NCBI GenBank assembly: GCA_950097015.1
Contig: CATNEN010000041.1
Span: 930,001-994,000 of the forward strand
Direction: 5' to 3'
Origin: Macrostomum hystrix
Lineage: Eukaryota > Animalia > Platyhelminthes
Length of the DNA stretch: 64,000 nucleotides
Under the pieces are notes generated by a model. It worked only from the letters and a program-made list of their open reading frames with translations. It had not been told where the DNA came from and ran no database searches. Of the stretch, positions 60,030 to 64,000 are shown piece by piece. The translations under genes were made by a program, and so were the position numbers. Every line of letters begins with the position of its first letter. Within the stretch, counting starts at the first letter, position 1.

Positions 60030-60205
60030 ATGACTTTACCACCATGAAGTGCCTTGCAAAGCATCACCTGATTTCCTACCAGGAAAGATGCACTTGATGT
60101 GACATAGACATGCCTCTGCAACATAGATAGGGACACATGTTCGTCAATGGCTATGCCTAGGCTTGCCAACAATGTTTGGCACAGCACTCCATCACATGCG
60201 GATAA
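60030..60205 (+). pseudogene. Second, oppositely oriented and decayed Merlin-like zinc-finger fragment
   Basis: Translates as MKCLAKHHLISYQERCT*CDIDMPLQHR*GHMFVNGYA*ACQQCLAQHSI, which aligns with the minus-strand fragment. Confidence 0.6.
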
Positions 60206-60499
60206 AATAAAATGGGGTAAAACAATTTAATGAAAGGCAGAATAATATAACAAAGTAAACTAGAACTATGCTAATATTTCTTCCAGGGGTCATTTAGATT
60301 TTTGTTTTTTCAAAGAGAGAAAGAGAGTAGTTGGGTTGATTTTTTGTGTTCAAGTTTGAGCCAATAGATTAGGCTTTTCTTTTTAATTATTTCTGATTTT
60401 GGGTTGACACCAAGTTCATTTAGAACGACTTTGTTGCTAGTACTTTTAGGTAGGAAAAAGTGTATTTTAAATACTTAAATATTTAAATATTTTAATTTA

Positions 60500-60760
60500 A
60501 TTTAAATTTTACCACAAATACCAGATCTGTGGACTTTATAACAGAGAGTAGCAAGGTGTAGGCTGTCAAATGCCCATTGTAGTCTACAAAACAGACAAGG
60601 ATGATGAGTTTGTTGTATAATGAGGTAGAAATAATATTGTAGAGGTTAAAGCACTGGTTAATTGTGCTATGATTAGCTTTGAAGCCATATTGTATGTTCA
60701 AGATTAAGTAGTTGTTTTCTGCAAGGCTATCAAGTCATGTTTTGAAATGTTAAATTTGAA
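60500..60760 (-). mobile_element. Decayed non-LTR (CR1/L2/Jockey-like) reverse transcriptase fragment
   Basis: LAENNYLILNIQYGFKANHSTINQCFNLYNII...VCFVDY-(frameshift)-AFDSL matches the QxGFR..ST...D..KAFD RT motif region. Confidence 0.72.
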
Positions 60761-62214
60761 TGAAACTTTTTAATGAAAAAAAGAAACTCAACTAGTGCAA
60801 CTTAGTTATATTTTTTGTTGCAAATGGTGCTTGGCAAATAGAAAAGCTATGAATAATCATTAGAAACTATTTATTTTACTGAATTTAAGTAATTCTTTAG
60901 ACTAGACATATTTTTATAATGTAATTCATTTGAATTTAATAAGAGTTTTTTTAAATACCTGCATTTTTAAGTTTGTTCTTGATATGTTATTACTATCCAT
61001 TCAATGCTGTCACTCCTAAATTGTATTTTTTGCATAGCCACTATTTTAAACCCCTTTTGTTAATACAGTAAGCATTTTAAAAGCTTAAAAATAAGCAAAC
61101 AAATAAACTAAATTCTAAGCTTACTGAGTTTTGTCACACTTGTGATGGTTATTATTCATATGATATAAATATTGTGGTGCCTACTGACAAAACCCTTAAG
61201 CCATTATGTAATAAATAGGATCATACATGCGCAACACCTGGCCAAACCGGCCGGGTGAAACGAGTGCCAAGCAAGGTAAGTCGCAAAAACCAATCAACCA
61301 AGCGCAAAAAAATCAAAGGGGGGACCAAAGGACAAAAAAGGAAGGCATGAAGAAAGAAAAGTGTTGTGTCTTGGCCTAATGGCCGACGGAGAGAGATGGG
61401 ATTGGGTCCACTGCCCGAGACACCCAGGTCCTAGCCCAACCCTGCCTAGGCCTATTAAGTCTGATTGGTTCTGCAAGAGTTCGCAGAACCAACCACCCTG
61501 GGACTAGCGAGAGTTCACTTGTCTCAGGTCCCTAACGGAGCGAAAGTTCACTCAGTCTTCCCACCGGCCCAATGTGGCACTCCCGGAAGAAAGAAGACAC
61601 GAACTCACCTATGCTTTCTAACTCAAGCTGATAGCGGAACGGCATGTATTGGCGGTGCATGAATAATGAACAAGATCTCATTGTTCTTGAATCTATGGAT
61701 GCTAGATCTATTTAGATCTAAAAATGTTGAAATGCACACTTGAAGAATTTAGGAATCAGGAAATTCAATGCAGACAAGAACAGTAAAAAATATGTTATAC
61801 AACTATTTTCTACTAAATGCAGACTTTTACACAAATGCCAAATGGAATCAAGTCTGAGAGTAAAACACATTCGAATGGAATGTAGTGGATTGTGGCATGC
61901 CCCACTTGCTAGCAGTGCTTGCATATATTTGTCACGCCACATGAGTTGTAGCAAAGTGTCATAGCTCAGTCACACCACAACAGATATTTGGAAGTCACTC
62001 TACATGCTTGTATGCTCTATAAGCTTCGACTGGAACCGGGTGCCAGGAATAGCAGAAATCTTGAAATAAACATTTGGACCGTCCATTGATACCTGTAGGA
62101 CGGATAATAGTGGCTGGTTTTTTTTAAACGAAGTCAATTGTGTCTTCGTAGCATTAGAATTTCTATATAATTAATTGGCTAGAGTCAGTTTTCCGTCAGT
62201 AATTTTCAGCGGAG

Positions 62215-64000
62215 ATGTCAGGCCGGGCAGCGCCATCAAAGCCTTCGGCCTTGGTGTCGGCGGCTCTCCAGCAGCACCTGCTGCAGCGGATGGGCGACTT
62301 CGGTAGCAGCGGTATGCCGTTCCGCCTGCCCAGCATCAACGCCAGGCCCTGGGGCGCTCAGGGACCATCCAGCGGTGGCAGCAGCAAGGCCAGGCTGAAG
62401 GCCGTGAAGCCTGTGGTCGACACCGGACTCAGTGAGTTGCTGTGGATTCCTGAAAACAGGACCCTGAAAACAAACTCGCCAACATTGAAAGCCGCTCTCT
62501 TAAATAACAGTTTGTTTATAATGAATAATGCCTAATATAAACGTGAGAACTATGCTCAACTTGGCCTGCAAATCATTCCTTTAGGAAAGCCGCGCCGAGA
62601 GAAGCCCAAAGACGACCCCAGCGCGACATTTGCCACGCAGCTGCTGCTGAGCAAGAAGGAGAAAGTGCTGGACGCGAAGCGAGTGGAAAAACCAAATTTA
62701 GGTAGGACCTGATTGAAAATTGTATCAGAAAATTACTCCCAGATCCTAGCTGGTTCTGTAATTAGCCATTCCATCCCTTGAGATCCTTCGGCTTTAGTTA
62801 CCTACCAGACCGAGTGCTGAAAGTTTAGGGTTCAGCAGCCCCACTCCCAGATCCCCAGGTTGTAGCTGCCACACTTCCAGATCCCCAAATTGTAGCTGCC
62901 CTACTCCCAGATCCCCAGGTTGTAGCTGCCCCACTCCCAGATCCCCAGGTTGTAGCTGCCCCACTCCCAGATCCCCAGGTTGTAGCTGCCCCACTCCCAG
63001 ATCCCCAGGTTGGAGCTGCCCCACTCCCAGATCCCCAGGTTGTAGCTGCCCAACTTCAGATCCCCAGGTTGTAGTTGCCCTACTCCACGATCCCCAGGTT
63101 GTAGCTGCCCCACTCCCAGATCCCCAGGTTGTAGCTGCCCCACTCCCAGATCCCCAGGTTGTAGCTGCCCCACTCCCAGATCCCCAGGTTGTAGCTGCCA
63201 CACTTCCAGATCCCCAGATTGTAGCTGCCCCACTCCCAGATCCCCAGGTTGTAGCTGCCACACTTCCAGATCCCCAGATTGTAGCTGCCCCACTCCCAGA
63301 TCCCCAGGTTGTAGCTGCCACACTTCCAGATCCCCAGGTTAATTACGCTGATTTAAGCATGCCCATCTTTGTTCGCAACTTGAACAGCCCAGAGACTCGG
63401 TCTGGTGGAGTACGAGCGTCCGCAGGCTCTGTCCGAGGAGGCCTGGCAGTCGCTGAAGCGTCGCCCGAATGTTCAGGACGCCATTCAGGAGCCCTGCGTC
63501 ATCTGCAAAGAAGACTTCGGCCTGCAGGACCAGGTGCTGCTGTCTTGCTCGCATGTGTTCCACAAGGTGAGTCTACGTATCCAAAACGGAGTATATTTGA
63601 GTATCAATCGGTCTCTTGATCATGATTATATCCCGATCCCTATTCAGGAATTCTCCCGATTTCAAGCCTCCGGTGGGATTTATCCCTTATCCCCTATTCC
63701 AAATATTTCCGGCAGGAGTTCCCTCATCTCGCGGTTAGTGACCTGCCCTGATTCCCACTCTCTGTTTCGATCCATCTGTCAGGCCTGCCTGGAAGCATTC
63801 GAGCGGTTCTCCGGCCGCAAGTCCTGCCCGATGTGCCGCAAGGAGGCTTACGAGAAGCGCCAGATCTACGACGGCGAGTATCAGCACCTGGTCAGGTGCG
63901 CCACAAGGTAAGGAAATTGGGCTCTGGGTGATTGTTTGATGGACATTGAGAAACACTTGCACCGGTGCTCCCTGGCTTCGCCTCGCAGAATCCAGGCCGC
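62215..64000 (+). CDS. RNF32: RING finger protein 32 orthologue (5' part; continues beyond the window). Exons 62215-62431, 62585-62701, 63388-63566, 63783-63907, 63989->64000
   Basis: In-phase exon chain. N-terminal AALQQHL and VVDTGL, LAQRLGL, RING-H2 CVICKEDF...[31 protein letters not shown], followed by IYDG...CATRIQA (IQ motif), as in RNF32. Confidence 0.92.
62835..63340. repeat. 30-bp minisatellite (TGTAGCTGCCCCACTCCCAGATCCCCAGGT), about 17 copies
   Basis: Tandem units in RNF32 intron 2. Confidence 0.94.

Noticed and set aside
62200-62215. Spliced-leader trans-splice acceptor 5 nt before the RNF32 ATG
   Set aside because: A strong cis donor (AAG|GTAAGT at 61276) upstream offers a simpler 5' UTR intron explanation; cannot be decided without reads.

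Overview
Eukaryotic (animal) genomic DNA, not prokaryotic. It has GC3-rich exons, short GT-AG introns (some about 40 nt) and many intronic mini/microsatellites. The style suggests a free-living flatworm such as Macrostomum, but that is inference only. Manual exon chaining with phase checks supports about 7 multi-exon or near-intronless genes: a DEG/ENaC channel (-), a claudin-like 4-TM protein (-), a partly resolved single-pass membrane protein (+), a long tyrosine-motif/proline-rich single-pass adaptor-like protein (-), a classical-cadherin-like protein that appears to lack the usual array of cadherin repeats (+), a multi-Ig single-pass protein (+), and RNF32 (+, runs off the window end). There are also a few orphan ORFs/exons, four copies of one tRNA-derived SINE (one with a perfect 15-bp TSD), two oppositely oriented Merlin/IS1595-like transposase N-terminal fragments, a decayed LINE RT fragment and more than 20 tandem repeat arrays. 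Most long ORFs in the supplied track are repeat artefacts. No CRISPR array, rRNA or intact tRNA was found. The most interesting candidates are the 'headless' cadherin, the pTRAP/PAG-like adaptor, a 33-bp repeat that multiplies in-frame splice donors in the Ig gene, and a Thr at the degenerin site of the channel. All gene models are hand-built without expression data or database searches.
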